The notes under the pieces: generated by a model
The model's input: the letters and a program-made list of their open reading frames with translations, nothing else
Databases searched by the model: none
Told to the model about the DNA's origin: nothing
Shown here: piece after piece, positions 9,551-20,894 of the stretch
Numbering within the stretch: position 1 is the first letter of the stretch
Layout of the letters: the number at the start of each line of letters is the position of its first letter
Translations under genes and position numbers: made by a program
Assembly: GCA_947482665.1 (NCBI GenBank)
Contig: CANKJK010000012.1
Location: forward strand, 1,114-65,113
Length of the DNA: 64,000 nt
Direction: 5' to 3'
DNA from: Acidobacteriota bacterium
Lineage (GTDB): Bacteria; Acidobacteriota; Vicinamibacteria; Vicinamibacterales; UBA2999

Positions 9551-10071
9551 TCCGAGAGGTCGTCGACGGAGAGGTCGACCATCAACTCGCCGGCAAGCGA
9601 CTCCAGCACCTGCTTGAGTTCGTCTGCCGTGACCCCGGCCGGCACGCGCAGCGCGGCGTCCGCGTGGAAGAGCGCTTCGCCGGACATGGGGGCGCTCTCG
9701 ACGCTGGTATCCAGCATTTCGATGTTCACCTGATGCGCGGCAAGCGTGCGCGCGATGTCGCGGACGATGCCGGGCCGGTCGTTCCCGACCAGACTCAGGT
9801 GGAGATGCTGTGCGGGGGGTGGTTCTGGAACCCGGCTGTCCGCGACCACCACCGATAGGCCCTGTGCATCGAGGGCCCGCAGGGCAGCGGCCAGCCCTTC
9901 CGCGCCATCCGACGGCACGCTGACCCGCAGCACGCCAGCGAACTTCCCGGACAGGCGCGCCATGCTGCTTTCTTCCCAGTTCGCCCCGGCGGAGAGGACC
10001 CGATCCGAGATCAGATCGACGATGCCGGGTTTGTCGTCCCCGATGATGGTCAGTACAAGCGACGTGCGCAT
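9547..10071 (-). CDS. tandem ACT-domain protein (GcvR-like)
   Basis: Two ACT-like modules: LVLTIIGDDKPGIVDLISDRVLSAGANWEESSMARL and LSLVGNDRPGIVRDIARTLAAHQVNIEMLDT. I chose the start at MRTSLVL. Confidence 0.65.
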   Translation of the reverse strand: MRTSLVLTIIGDDKPGIVDLISDRVLSAGANWEESSMARLSGKFAGVLRVSVPSDGAEGLAAALRALDAQGLSVVVADSRVPEPPPAQHLHLSLVGNDRPGIVRDIARTLAAHQVNIEMLDTSVESAPMSGEALFHADAALRVPAGVTADELKQVLESLAGELMVDLSVDDLSD

Positions 10072-10294
10072 CGCTCCATTGTGTGCCAGGGCTCGCTGTC
10101 TGCCACCGATACACATATTTGTTGGTGCGTATGAGCTAGCGGACAGGAATGTTCAGACATCGGATCCAGCCAGGAAGACTCGAACGGCGGTTTCGATGAA
10201 AAACAGGCCTGATTCATGCGGAATGAGGCCCTTCGCGACTCACCCCGTTGTGGCTTCTGGTTTGCTCTTGTTGAGCAGGCAGGGGGCTACAGTC

Positions 10295-11898
<1,604 letters not shown>

Positions 11899-11924
11899 CC
11901 GACCCGTCAGGCCGGGCGGCCATG

Positions 11925-12240
11925 CTAGAACCGGAGCAGCCGGTTCACCTTCACGATGATCGCCCGCGACAGGGCGCCTGCTGGTCGGGCCGTGGCCGTG
12001 TCGCGTTCGTCGTTGTAGACCACGAACAGCTCGCTGCCGGGCCGGTACTCCCATCGGAACCGAGCGTTGGTCGACGCGGTCCGCGTCGACGAGTTGAACT
12101 GCACCAGCGCGCTGACGAACATCAGGGGTGTCACGGTGTAGGTAATCCGCGACCCGGCGAGCTGGGTTGAGAAATCGCCCTGCAGCAGATGGACCCGGTT
12201 GTAGGAGTAGGTGGGCTCCAGCGACAGTTGCGACGTCACC
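11925..12240 (-). pseudogene. C-terminal stub (about 100 aa) of a DUF5916-family OM protein
   Basis: SLEPTYSYNRVHLLQGDFSTQLAGSRITYTVTPLMFVSALVQFNSSTRTASTNARFRWEYRPGSELFVVYNDERD...IIVKVNRLLRF aligns with the last ~100 residues of 23854-26160, 31680-33905 and 61645-63906. No upstream homology appears in any frame. Confidence 0.7.
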
Positions 12241-12681
12241 GGCGAACCCGTCGGGGCTCCGCGGCAGCCTGGGTGCATCACCGTCGCCGTGGTCGGCGCC
12301 CATCTCGCGGGTCAGCCGCTCAACGGGCAGCTCATCGAGCGTGGGGCGCGGCTTGTGGCCACCACCTCCACCACGCGGGACTACCGCCTGTTCGCCTTGG
12401 CCGAGTCCGTCCCACCCAAGCCTGGTCTCGTGCGCGAACCCGGGTTTGATGGGCCGGGCATCGAGGTCGAGGTGTGGGCTGTGCCCGAGGATGCCTTCGG
12501 GAGCTTCGTGGCCGCGGTGCCGCCGCCACTCGGCATCGGCAATGTGCGCCTGGTCTCGGGTGAGTGGGTGAAAGGCTTCATCTGCGAGGCGGCGGGCCTC
12601 GCCGGTGCGACCGAGATCACGGAATTCGGCGGGTGGCGCGGATACCGCCGATCTCTCCAGACGGCAACTGTCGGAGCGTAG
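12211..12681 (+). CDS. allophanate hydrolase C-terminal domain only (stand-alone domain or gene remnant)
   Basis: ITVAVVGAHLAGQPLNGQLIERGARLVATTSTTRDYRLFAL...PPKPGLV...GIEVEVWAVPEDAFGSFVAAVPPPLGIGNVRLVSGEWVKGFICE resembles the C-terminal domain of allophanate hydrolases. No amidase domain lies upstream. The listed start is GTG. Confidence 0.5.
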   Translation: MGSSDSCDVTGEPVGAPRQPGCITVAVVGAHLAGQPLNGQLIERGARLVATTSTTRDYRLFALAESVPPKPGLVREPGFDGPGIEVEVWAVPEDAFGSFVAAVPPPLGIGNVRLVSGEWVKGFICEAAGLAGATEITEFGGWRGYRRSLQTATVGA

Positions 12682-12786
12682 CCACGCAGACGGCGCCGCG
12701 CCGCCCTCGCCCATTGGTGCCGTTCGTCCCACGTCACGGCTTTTTCATCGATTGGCTTTGCCCTCGTACGGCATGATCGCCGGACG

Positions 12787-13944
12787 GTGACCACCTCACT
12801 TTCCCGCGCTCTTATCCTGGCCGGCGTTGCCCTGATTGCCGGCTGTCAGCTCCAGAAGGCGCCACCGCCCGCGCCACCGCCAGCCGCACCGCCGCCGGTG
12901 CTGTTCATGACCGTCGCACCGCAACAGGTGACGGTGGCCAGCGAGTGGGTCGCTACGCTGGATGGCTTTGTGAACGCGCAGATCCGGTCGCAGGTCCCCG
13001 GGTATCTCACGGCCCGCACCTACCGGGAAGGCACGGTGGTTCGCAAGGGGCAGGTGCTCTTCGAGATTGACCCGCGGCCGTTTGAGGCCGCGCTGGAGCA
13101 GGCGCGCGCGCGACTGGCCGAAACTCAGGTGCAGGTGGGCCGTGTCGAGACGGACCTGAAACGCGACCGGCCTCTCGTCGAGCAGCACGCGCTGGCGCAG
13201 AGCCAGCTCGACAACGATCTCCAGGCGCAGCTCGCGGCCGCCGCCGCTGTGAAGTCGGCCCAGGCGGCTGTGGCCACGGCCGAATTGAATCTGGCCTACA
13301 CGAAGGTGACGGCGCTGACCGGCGGCGTAGCGGCGATCGCCACCGCGCAGATCGGCGACCTGGTCAGCCCCACGACGCTGCTGACGACGGTCTCGCAGGT
13401 CGATCCGATCAAGGCCTACTTTCCGCTGAGCGAGCAGGAGTACCTGAAGGTGGCCAGCCGCATCAATACGCCTGGCGCCGCCAGCCGGCTGTGGTCTGAA
13501 GGCGCGGGCCTGCGGCTCGTGCTGGCCGACGGCAGCGTGTATCCCGAGCGAGGGACGTTTTACGCGGCTGACCGTGAGATCGATCAGAAGACCGGCACCA
13601 TCCGGATCAGCGTCACCTTTCCGAACCGAAAGGGGACGCTCCGGCCTGGTCAGTACGCCCGCGTGCGGGCCGACACGCGGGTGATTGCGGACGCGCTCCT
13701 CGTCCCACAGCGCGCGGTCACCGAAATGCAGGGTTTGCGCTCGGTGAAGGTGCTCGGCGATGGCAACAAGGTCAGCGTGCGCCCCGTGACCGCGACCAAC
13801 CGTGTTGGCGGCGACTGGGTGATCAGCCAGGGCCTCAAGCCGGGCGACAGGGTCATTGTCGACGGTGTCGGCGCGGCAGACGGCGTCGTGGTGAATCCCT
13901 CGCCCTTCACGCCGGGCCGGCCCGCGGCGCCAGCCGGACGCTGA
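12787..13944 (+). CDS. RND efflux periplasmic adaptor (membrane fusion protein)
   Basis: Lipobox LIAGCQ. GYLTARTYREGTVVRKGQVLFEIDPRPFEAALEQARA and ...LNLAYTKVTALTGGVA are typical HlyD/AcrA-family motifs. Confidence 0.9.
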   Translation: MTTSLSRALILAGVALIAGCQLQKAPPPAPPPAAPPPVLFMTVAPQQVTVASEWVATLDGFVNAQIRSQVPGYLTARTYREGTVVRKGQVLFEIDPRPFEAALEQARARLAETQVQVGRVETDLKRDRPLVEQHALAQSQLDNDLQAQLAAAAAVKSAQAAVATAELNLAYTKVTALTGGVAAIATAQIGDLVSPTTLLTTVSQVDPIKAYFPLSEQEYLKVASRINTPGAASRLWSEGAGLRLVLADGSVYPERGTFYAADREIDQKTGTIRISVTFPNRKGTLRPGQYARVRADTRVIADALLVPQRAVTEMQGLRSVKVLGDGNKVSVRPVTATNRVGGDWVISQGLKPGDRVIVDGVGAADGVVVNPSPFTPGRPAAPAGR

Positions 13945-13945
13945 G

Positions 13946-16900
13946 ATGTCGCGCTTCTTCGTCGATCGGCCGATCGTCGCGATCGTCATCTCGATTGTGA
14001 CCGTGCTCGTCGGGCTCGTCGCGATGACGGGCCTGCCGCTCGCGCAGTTCCCGCCCATCGTGCCGCCGCAGATCTTTGTCGGCGCCAACTATCCAGGCGC
14101 CGATGCCGTCACCGTCGAGCAGTCCATCGCCACGCCCGTCGAGCAGCAGATGAACGGCGTCGACGACATGCTCTACATGCAGTCGGTCAACGGCAACGAC
14201 GGCACGATGCAGCTGCAGGTGACCTTTGACGTCGACAGCGATCCGAACATCGACCAGGTCAACGTGCAGAACCGGCTGGCCCAGGCGCAGCCGAACCTGC
14301 CCTCGGAGGTGTCGACCTTCGGCCTCACGATGCGCAAGTCGACGGGCCTGCCGATGCTGGTCGTCTCGCTCTATTCGCCCAACAAGACCTACGACGCGCT
14401 CTTCCTCTCCAACTTCGCGACGATCAATGTGAACGACGCGCTGTACCGCGTGCCGGGCGTCGGCCAGGTGAGCGTGTTCGGTGCCGGCGATTACGCGATG
14501 CGGATCTGGGCGAAGCCCGACATGCTGGCCAAGCTCGGGCTGACCGTGCCGGACCTTGTGCGGGCGGTGCAGCAGCAGAGCACCGTGAACCCCTCGGGCC
14601 AGATCGGAGGCGCTCCGCAGCCCGGATCGCAGGAGTTCACCTACACCGTCCGCTCGCAGGGGCGGCTCCAGACGCCGGAGGAGTTTGGCGCGATCATCGT
14701 GCGCGAGAATGCCGGCGGCTCAACGGTCCGGCTGCGCGACGTGGCCCGGATCGAACTGGGCGCGGTCAACTATCAGCAGATTGGCCGCGTGAATGGCCAG
14801 CCGGGCTGCGCCATTGCCGTCTACCAGGCCCCAGGGTCCAACGCATTGCAGGTGGCGGCCGGTGTGCGGGCCCTGATGGCGGACCTGAGCAAACGCTTCC
14901 CGAACGACCTGCAGTACACCTACACGCTCGATACCACGCTGCCGGTCTCCGAAGGTATCCGCGAAATCCTCATCACGCTTGCCGAGGCGATGGTCCTCGT
15001 GCTGCTGGTCGTCTACCTGTTCCTGCAGAACTGGCGCGCCACGCTCATCCCGATGGTGGCCGTGCCGGTTTCGCTCATCGGCACGTTCGCCTTCTTCCCG
15101 GCGCTCGGCTTTTCCATCAACACGCTGTCGCTCTTTGGCCTCGTGCTGGCCATCGGTCTGGTGGTCGACGACGCGATCGTGGTCGTCGAAGCCGTCGAGC
15201 ATCACATCGAGCAGGGTCTCAGCCCGCGTGACGCCACGCTAGCCGCGATGAAGCAGGTGGCAGGCCCGGTCGTCAGCATTGCCATCATCCTCTCGTCGGT
15301 CTTCATCCCCGTGGCGTTCATGACGGGCATCCAGGGCCGGTTGAACAAGCAATTCGCGCTGACCATTGCGATCTCGGTCCTCATCTCCGCGTTCAACGCC
15401 CTCACGCTGTCGCCGGCACTCTCGGCCATGCTGCTGCGCCCGCGCACGCCACGTCGGGGGCCGCTTGGCGCCTTCTTCCGCGTGTTCAATCGGGGCTTTG
15501 CGTCCGCCACCGGCGGTTACATCCGTGTGAGCCGGCTGCTCATCCGCCGGGCGGTCATCGGTGTCGTGCTCATCCTGGCGTTCGGCGCCGGCGCCGTTCA
15601 ACTGGGCCGGGCGATGCCGACCAGCTTCATTCCCGACGAGGACTACGGCTACTTCTTCATCAACCTCGAACTGCCGCCCCCCGCCTCGCTCACGCGCACC
15701 AACGAGGTCTGTCTCCGCGTGGACGAGATCCTCAAGCGCACGCCCGGGATCGCCACGTTCAACACCGTGGTCGGCTTCAACCTGCAGACGCGCGTCTCGG
15801 CGGGCAACTACGGCTTCTACTTCGTCTCGCTCAAGCCCTGGAGCGAGCGCCGGTCGCCGGACATGGAGGTGCAGCAGATCATCGCGCGCCTCCGCGCCGC
15901 GTTCCCGAGACAAGTGCCCGAGGCCCGCGTGTTCGTGGTGCCGCCGCCCACCATCCCGGGCCTCGGCCCCGGCGGAGGCCTGACGATGTGGCTGCAGGAC
16001 CGCAGCGGCAACGGCGACATCAACTTTCTCGCCGGTCAGGTGCAGGGCTTCCTCGCCGAGGCCCGCAAGCGGCCGGAGCTGGTCAACGTCCGGACGACCT
16101 GGGTGCCGCAGACGCCGCAACTCCTCGCCGATGTGGATAAGGAGAAGGTGCTGAAGCAGGGCGTGGCGCTGGGCGATGTCTATCAGACGATGCAGGCCTT
16201 CCTCGGGGGGCTCTACATCAACCAGTTCAACCGGTTCGGCCGCCAGTGGCGCGTCTTCGTGCAGGCGGAAGGCGCCGACCGCATGACGGTCGACGACCTG
16301 GACAAGTTCTACGTGCGGAATGCCGAGGGCACGATGCTTCCGCTCTCGACGCTCCAGACGCCGCGGAACCTGACCGGGCCGCTCTTCACGAATCGCTTCA
16401 ACGTGTTCCGCTCCGCGCAGATTCTCGCCAACCAGGGGCCCGGCTTCAGCACGGGGCAGGGGCTTCAGGCGCTGGAGCAGGTGGCGAAGAAGACGCTGGC
16501 GCCGGATATTACGTTCGAGTGGGCGGACCTCTCGTACCAGGAGAAGAAGCTGGGCAGTGCGGGTCCGATCTTCGCGCTGTCGCTGGCGTTTGTGTTCCTG
16601 ATCCTCGCGGCGCTCTATGAGAGCTGGTCGCTGCCCTTCTCCGTGCTGCTCTCCGTGCCAGTCGCCCTGTCCGGCGCCTTTGTCGGCCTCCTCGGGCGCA
16701 AGTACGACTTCGACGTCTACGCGCAGATCGGCGTGATCATGCTGATCGGGCTGGCCGCGAAGAACGCCATCCTCATCGTCGAGTTCGCCAAGGCCCGGTT
16801 CGAGTCGGGAAGCGAACTGGCCGCGGCCGCGCTCGAAGGTGCGCGCCTGCGGCTCCGGCCCATCCTGATGACGTCGTTCGCGTTCATTCTCGGCTGCGTG

Positions 16901-17092
16901 CCCCTGTGGATGGCCGAGGGGTCTGGCGCGGTGGCGCGGCGCATTCTTGGCACGGTGGTCGTGGCTGGCATGCTGGCCGCGACCCTCATCGCGATCTTCT
17001 TCATCCCGATGCTCTTTGTGACGGTGGAGCGGATCGCCGGACGCGGGGCGGTGCGACCCGGTCCTGCGCCGGACGGCGAGGTGCACTCATGA
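13946..17092 (+). CDS. RND efflux permease (AcrB/MexB family, 1048 aa)
   Basis: MSRFFVDRPIVAIVISIVTVLVGLVAM...; 12-TM architecture with two large periplasmic loops; VVDDAIVVVEAVEHHI motif. Confidence 0.95.
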   Translation: MSRFFVDRPIVAIVISIVTVLVGLVAMTGLPLAQFPPIVPPQIFVGANYPGADAVTVEQSIATPVEQQMNGVDDMLYMQSVNGNDGTMQLQVTFDVDSDPNIDQVNVQNRLAQAQPNLPSEVSTFGLTMRKSTGLPMLVVSLYSPNKTYDALFLSNFATINVNDALYRVPGVGQVSVFGAGDYAMRIWAKPDMLAKLGLTVPDLVRAVQQQSTVNPSGQIGGAPQPGSQEFTYTVRSQGRLQTPEEFGAIIVRENAGGSTVRLRDVARIELGAVNYQQIGRVNGQPGCAIAVYQAPGSNALQVAAGVRALMADLSKRFPNDLQYTYTLDTTLPVSEGIREILITLAEAMVLVLLVVYLFLQNWRATLIPMVAVPVSLIGTFAFFPALGFSINTLSLFGLVLAIGLVVDDAIVVVEAVEHHIEQGLSPRDATLAAMKQVAGPVVSIAIILSSVFIPVAFMTGIQGRLNKQFALTIAISVLISAFNALTLSPALSAMLLRPRTPRRGPLGAFFRVFNRGFASATGGYIRVSRLLIRRAVIGVVLILAFGAGAVQLGRAMPTSFIPDEDYGYFFINLELPPPASLTRTNEVCLRVDEILKRTPGIATFNTVVGFNLQTRVSAGNYGFYFVSLKPWSERRSPDMEVQQIIARLRAAFPRQVPEARVFVVPPPTIPGLGPGGGLTMWLQDRSGNGDINFLAGQVQGFLAEARKRPELVNVRTTWVPQTPQLLADVDKEKVLKQGVALGDVYQTMQAFLGGLYINQFNRFGRQWRVFVQAEGADRMTVDDLDKFYVRNAEGTMLPLSTLQTPRNLTGPLFTNRFNVFRSAQILANQGPGFSTGQGLQALEQVAKKTLAPDITFEWADLSYQEKKLGSAGPIFALSLAFVFLILAALYESWSLPFSVLLSVPVALSGAFVGLLGRKYDFDVYAQIGVIMLIGLAAKNAILIVEFAKARFESGSELAAAALEGARLRLRPILMTSFAFILGCVPLWMAEGSGAVARRILGTVVVAGMLAATLIAIFFIPMLFVTVERIAGRGAVRPGPAPDGEVHS

Positions 17093-18480
17093 GCCCGCGG
17101 CTGACCCCGGCACTGGGGCTGGCCCTCGCCGCCCTGCTGGCCGGCGCCTGTCAGCACCAGGTGCCCGCGCCGCGGCCCGTCGCGGTGGTGCCGGCCACGA
17201 TGCCCGAGGCCACCGTGTCGGACGCCCCGTCGATTGGCGATGCGCAGTGGGCGGCCGTCTTCCGCGACGACGCCCTGCAGGGTCTCATCCGCACGGCGCT
17301 CGAGCGGAACGATTCGCTGCAGGTGGCCGCGGCCCGTGTGCTCGAGGCGCAGGCCGCGCTCGGCGTGATCCGGGCTGATGAGCAACCCCAGGTCAATGCG
17401 GGCGCCTCCGGTCTCAGCCAGCGCACGTCGACGGCGTTCGGGTTTCCGTCCCGTCAGGCACACGTGATGCAGCTGCAGGGCTCGGCGGCCTGGGAACTGG
17501 ATTTCTGGCACCGCCTGCGCGACGCCACCGACGCCGCGCGCGCCCAGTTGCTGGCGACAGGGTGGGCCGAGCGTGCGGTCCGCGTGACGGTCGTGCAGCA
17601 GGTGGCGGATGCCTACTTCCGGCTGCGGGCCTATGACGAGTCCCTTGAGATTGCGACCCGGACGCTCGCGACCCGGCGCGAGTCGTTGCGGCTGACCCAG
17701 ATTCGTGAACAGGGCGGGGCCACCTCGATGGTGGATGTCCGTCAGGCCGAGCAGCTGGTGTCGAGCGCGTCGTTGGAAATCGTGAATCTGCGCAAGGCGA
17801 TGGCGCTCGAGGAGCACCTGCTGAGCGTGCTTGTGGGAGGTCTGCCAGGGCCGATCACGCGTGGCCAGCCGCTCTCCGAGCAGCCGCATCCGGATGAGAT
17901 CCCTGCCGGGCTCCCGTCTGCGCTGCTGGAGCGCCGGCCCGATATCCAGCAGGCGGAGGCGTTGCTGGTGGCGGCCGACGCCCAGCGTGCCGCCGCGCGC
18001 ACGCTCTTCTTCCCCCGCATCACGCTGACCGGCACCGGCGGACTCCAGAGCGCCGCGCTGACGGCCTTGTTCAGCGGTGGCGCGGGCATCTGGTCGGCCG
18101 TTGCGGCTGGCACCGTCCCGGTGTTCACGGCCGGACGGACGCGGGCACAGATCGCGGCCGCCTCGGCCCGTCGCGATGCCGCAGCCGCTGGATATCAACA
18201 GGCGATTCACCTGGCGTTCCGGGAAGCGGCCGACGCACTGGTGGCCTACCGGAGCGCCCGGGACCTCAGGCTGGAGCAGGCGCGGCTGCTCGAGGCCGCG
18301 CGTGACAGCCGCCGGTTGGCCGACCTGCGGTATCAGGGCGGGGCGACGAGTTATCTCGAGGTGCTCGATGCCGACACGCGGCTCTTCGCGGCTGAACTGG
18401 GCGCCTCACAGGCCCGGCTCGGCGAACTGTCGTCACTCGTCTCGGTCTATCGCGCGCTCGGCGGCGGCTGGCAGCCCTGA
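17089..18480 (+). CDS. RND efflux outer-membrane factor lipoprotein (NodT family)
   Basis: The ATG at 17089 overlaps the permease stop (ATGA). Lipobox LLAGAC. RPDIQQAEALLVAADAQRAAARTLFFPRITLTG and SVYRALGGGW are typical OMF motifs. Confidence 0.9.
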   Translation: MSPRLTPALGLALAALLAGACQHQVPAPRPVAVVPATMPEATVSDAPSIGDAQWAAVFRDDALQGLIRTALERNDSLQVAAARVLEAQAALGVIRADEQPQVNAGASGLSQRTSTAFGFPSRQAHVMQLQGSAAWELDFWHRLRDATDAARAQLLATGWAERAVRVTVVQQVADAYFRLRAYDESLEIATRTLATRRESLRLTQIREQGGATSMVDVRQAEQLVSSASLEIVNLRKAMALEEHLLSVLVGGLPGPITRGQPLSEQPHPDEIPAGLPSALLERRPDIQQAEALLVAADAQRAAARTLFFPRITLTGTGGLQSAALTALFSGGAGIWSAVAAGTVPVFTAGRTRAQIAAASARRDAAAAGYQQAIHLAFREAADALVAYRSARDLRLEQARLLEAARDSRRLADLRYQGGATSYLEVLDADTRLFAAELGASQARLGELSSLVSVYRALGGGWQP

Positions 18481-18507
18481 TGGCCACCGGCAGCGATCCC
18501 TCTCGCG

Positions 18508-19305
18508 TCAGTCAGTGATGCTGGATGTTCCGGGATTCTGCCCGTCGGACTGCGCGGTGTCAGGGGCCTCCTCGGCCGGTGGCTGACGCACCAGCCCGTG
18601 CTGCAGCCCGAGCATGGCGGAATCGAGGAGCGCACGCACGGTCGTATCGAGGTTCAGGGCCGGCGGTCGCCCGGTCAGCCCAATCACGGCCGGTCCATGT
18701 ACGGCGCTGAGGAGGATTTCCCCGGCTCGCAGGAAGTCCAGGTCGGCCGGCATGAGGCCCAGATCGATGCAGCGCCGCAGGCGCCGGTTCACATCCTCGG
18801 TCATCCGCATGATCATCGCGAGTTGCGGTTCCTGCTGGCTGGTGGCCGCGGCCGGATCCATCCAGAGGAGCGTGAAGTACTCCGGGTGCGACTTGCTGAA
18901 GTCGTAGTAGCGCAGGAAGGGCAGGCGGAGGTTGTCGAGTGGGTCCGCCAGTTCCTCTGACGGGTGCTGCGCTTCGAGCAGCCGCAGGCCTTCGTCGGCG
19001 AGGGCCGAGAACATCGCTTCCTTGCTGGGGAAGTAGTAGTAGATGGCCTGGGCGCTGAAGCCGATGCGCTTGGCGACCTCGCGCATCGAGACGGAGGCAT
19101 AGCCCCGGACCGAATAGAGCGCGTGGGCGGCCTTCAGGATCTTCCGCCGGGTGCGCTCGTGCTCGTCGCCTTGCGCGGCCGTGGCCCGCTGACGCAGGAC
19201 GCTCGTGACGACGGAGGAGGCAGGCCCTCGCCCGCCTGCTGCGCGGCCCTGGGCCTTTCTGGTCTTGCTGCTCGTCGTGCGTGCGATGCCAGCCACCAGG
19301 ATCAT
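18508..19305 (-). CDS. TetR/AcrR family transcriptional regulator
   Basis: HTH region RRKILKAAHALYSVRGYASVSMREVAKRIGFSAQAIYYYFPSKEAMF. I chose the start at MILVAG. It is convergent with the RND operon and divergent from 19447-20844. Confidence 0.85.
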   Translation of the reverse strand: MILVAGIARTTSSKTRKAQGRAAGGRGPASSVVTSVLRQRATAAQGDEHERTRRKILKAAHALYSVRGYASVSMREVAKRIGFSAQAIYYYFPSKEAMFSALADEGLRLLEAQHPSEELADPLDNLRLPFLRYYDFSKSHPEYFTLLWMDPAAATSQQEPQLAMIMRMTEDVNRRLRRCIDLGLMPADLDFLRAGEILLSAVHGPAVIGLTGRPPALNLDTTVRALLDSAMLGLQHGLVRQPPAEEAPDTAQSDGQNPGTSSITD

Positions 19306-19327
19306 TCTAGTCACGGGCCGCTCCGAA

Positions 19328-19339
19328 CGGACCGGTCCG
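19328..19339. promoter_or_regulatory. perfect 12-bp palindrome CGGACCGGTCCG in the TetR / unknown-gene divergent region (possible operator)
   Basis: Read directly from the sequence. It lies 23 nt upstream of the TetR start codon. A second imperfect repeat CCGGTGCAGTACCGGTG is at 19406-19422. Confidence 0.3.
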
Positions 19340-19446
19340 CGGTGGCGGAGACCGTCCCGGGGGTGAGGCCACGCTAAGATGCGCAGGAAACCCGCGGGCA
19401 TCACGCCGGTGCAGTACCGGTGACCGGGGGCCGATTAGTGGAGCGA

Positions 19447-20844
19447 ATGAGCGATACCCCGGCGAGCGTCCAGCAGAAGGCCCTTCGCATCAACCTCGAC
19501 CCCTCCCGCTACGGCACGTTCGCCGAGATCGGGGCGGGGCAGGAAGTGGCGCGCTGCTTCTTCCGGGTCGGCGGCGCCTCGGGAACGGTGGCCAAGACCA
19601 GCTCTGCCTATGACATGGCCGTGAGCGACGCCATCTACGGACCGGCCGAGCGCTACGTCAGCCGTCAGCGTCTTGTCGCCATGCTCGATCGGGAGTACTC
19701 ACTCCTCGTGGACCGGCTGGGTTCCACCCGGGGCGCCGACACGGCGCTCTTCGTCTTCGCGGACACCGTGGCCACCAGCAGCTTCAAGACGAAGAACGAC
19801 GGCCATGGCTGGATGGGCATCCGGTTCCAGGCCGAGCCGGGCGCGGCACCCTCGGACATCCTGATCCATGTCCGCATGTTGGACAAGGAAGCCGAGCGGC
19901 AGCAGGAGGTGCTGGGCGTGCTCGGCGTCAACCTGGTCCACGGCACGTTCTATTCGTACCGGCAGCCCGAGGCGCTCATCGGCGAACTGCTCGACGGCCT
20001 GACCTGGGAGCACGTCGAAGTGGACATGATCCGCTTCTCGGGGCCGGCGTTCACCGGGGTGGACAACCGGTTGATGGCCCTGCAGCTGGTGAAGTCGGGT
20101 CACACCGAGGCGGCGATGTTCACCGCCGATGGCGAGACGGTGCAGTGGTCGGAGCTGCTCTACAAGAAGCCGGTACTGGTCCAGCGCGGCAGCTATCACC
20201 CGATGACCAACCCGATGCTCGAGATGCTCAATCGCGCGGAAGAGCAGTTTGTCCGCGAGCCGGGTCTCGAAGGCGAAGCGCCCGTCGTGCTGCTCGAGAT
20301 GACGCTGCGGCAGCTCCGCGTGGGCGACGAGATCAATTACCAGGACTTTCTCGATCGGGTGGACATGCTGAGCGCCCTCGGCCGGCCGGTGCTCATCTCG
20401 AACTTCCTCCGTTATCACCGGCTGGTGTCCTACCTGTCCCGCTATACCCAGAAGCCCATCGGGCTGCCCCTGGGCGCCCAGCGGCTGCGCGACGTGCTGG
20501 ACGAGAAGTTCTACACGGATATGCCCGGCGGCATCCTGCAGGGCGTGGGGCAGATGTTCCGGCGCGGGGTGAAGGTGTACGTCTATCCCTCCCTGGACGC
20601 CAATGGTGGCGTGGTCACGGTCCGAAACCTCGAGGTGGCGCCGCATGTGCGCCATCTCTACGCGCACCTCGTGGAGAACCACCTGGTCGAGGATCTGACC
20701 CGCTACACGCCGGCATTCCTCTCGACCAACTCGGGTCGCGTGCTGGAGCAGATCCGGGCGGGCGATGCCGGATGGGAAGCCCATGTGCCGCCGCCGCTGG
20801 CCCGGGTCATCCACGAGCAGCGACTGTTCGGCTGCGCCGGCTAG
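19447..20844 (+). CDS. conserved protein of unknown function (466-474 aa)
   Basis: Long ORF with good G/C third-position bias and no low complexity. N-terminal RINLDPSRYGTFAEIGAGQEVARCFF looks conserved, but I cannot assign a family. An alternative start is at 19420. Confidence 0.6.
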   Translation: MSDTPASVQQKALRINLDPSRYGTFAEIGAGQEVARCFFRVGGASGTVAKTSSAYDMAVSDAIYGPAERYVSRQRLVAMLDREYSLLVDRLGSTRGADTALFVFADTVATSSFKTKNDGHGWMGIRFQAEPGAAPSDILIHVRMLDKEAERQQEVLGVLGVNLVHGTFYSYRQPEALIGELLDGLTWEHVEVDMIRFSGPAFTGVDNRLMALQLVKSGHTEAAMFTADGETVQWSELLYKKPVLVQRGSYHPMTNPMLEMLNRAEEQFVREPGLEGEAPVVLLEMTLRQLRVGDEINYQDFLDRVDMLSALGRPVLISNFLRYHRLVSYLSRYTQKPIGLPLGAQRLRDVLDEKFYTDMPGGILQGVGQMFRRGVKVYVYPSLDANGGVVTVRNLEVAPHVRHLYAHLVENHLVEDLTRYTPAFLSTNSGRVLEQIRAGDAGWEAHVPPPLARVIHEQRLFGCAG

Positions 20845-20894
20845 TCGTGTCCTCGCTTGTGCGGGAAGGGCGCCTTCACTACGATGTGCGCGCC

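Noticed and set aside
20145-20894. N-terminal extensions of listed ORFs. Examples: 20145 for the PQQ dehydrogenase, 6008 for the RodZ-like gene, 9746 for the sigma-54 activator, 16906 for the OMF, 29299 for RraA, 44667-45077 for the cyclophilin, 50788-50979 for ilvN, 58224 for YihY.
   Set aside because: The extensions overlap the preceding gene and are Arg/Pro-rich. Internal starts give proper signal peptides, lipoboxes or RBSs, or the canonical N-termini of the families.
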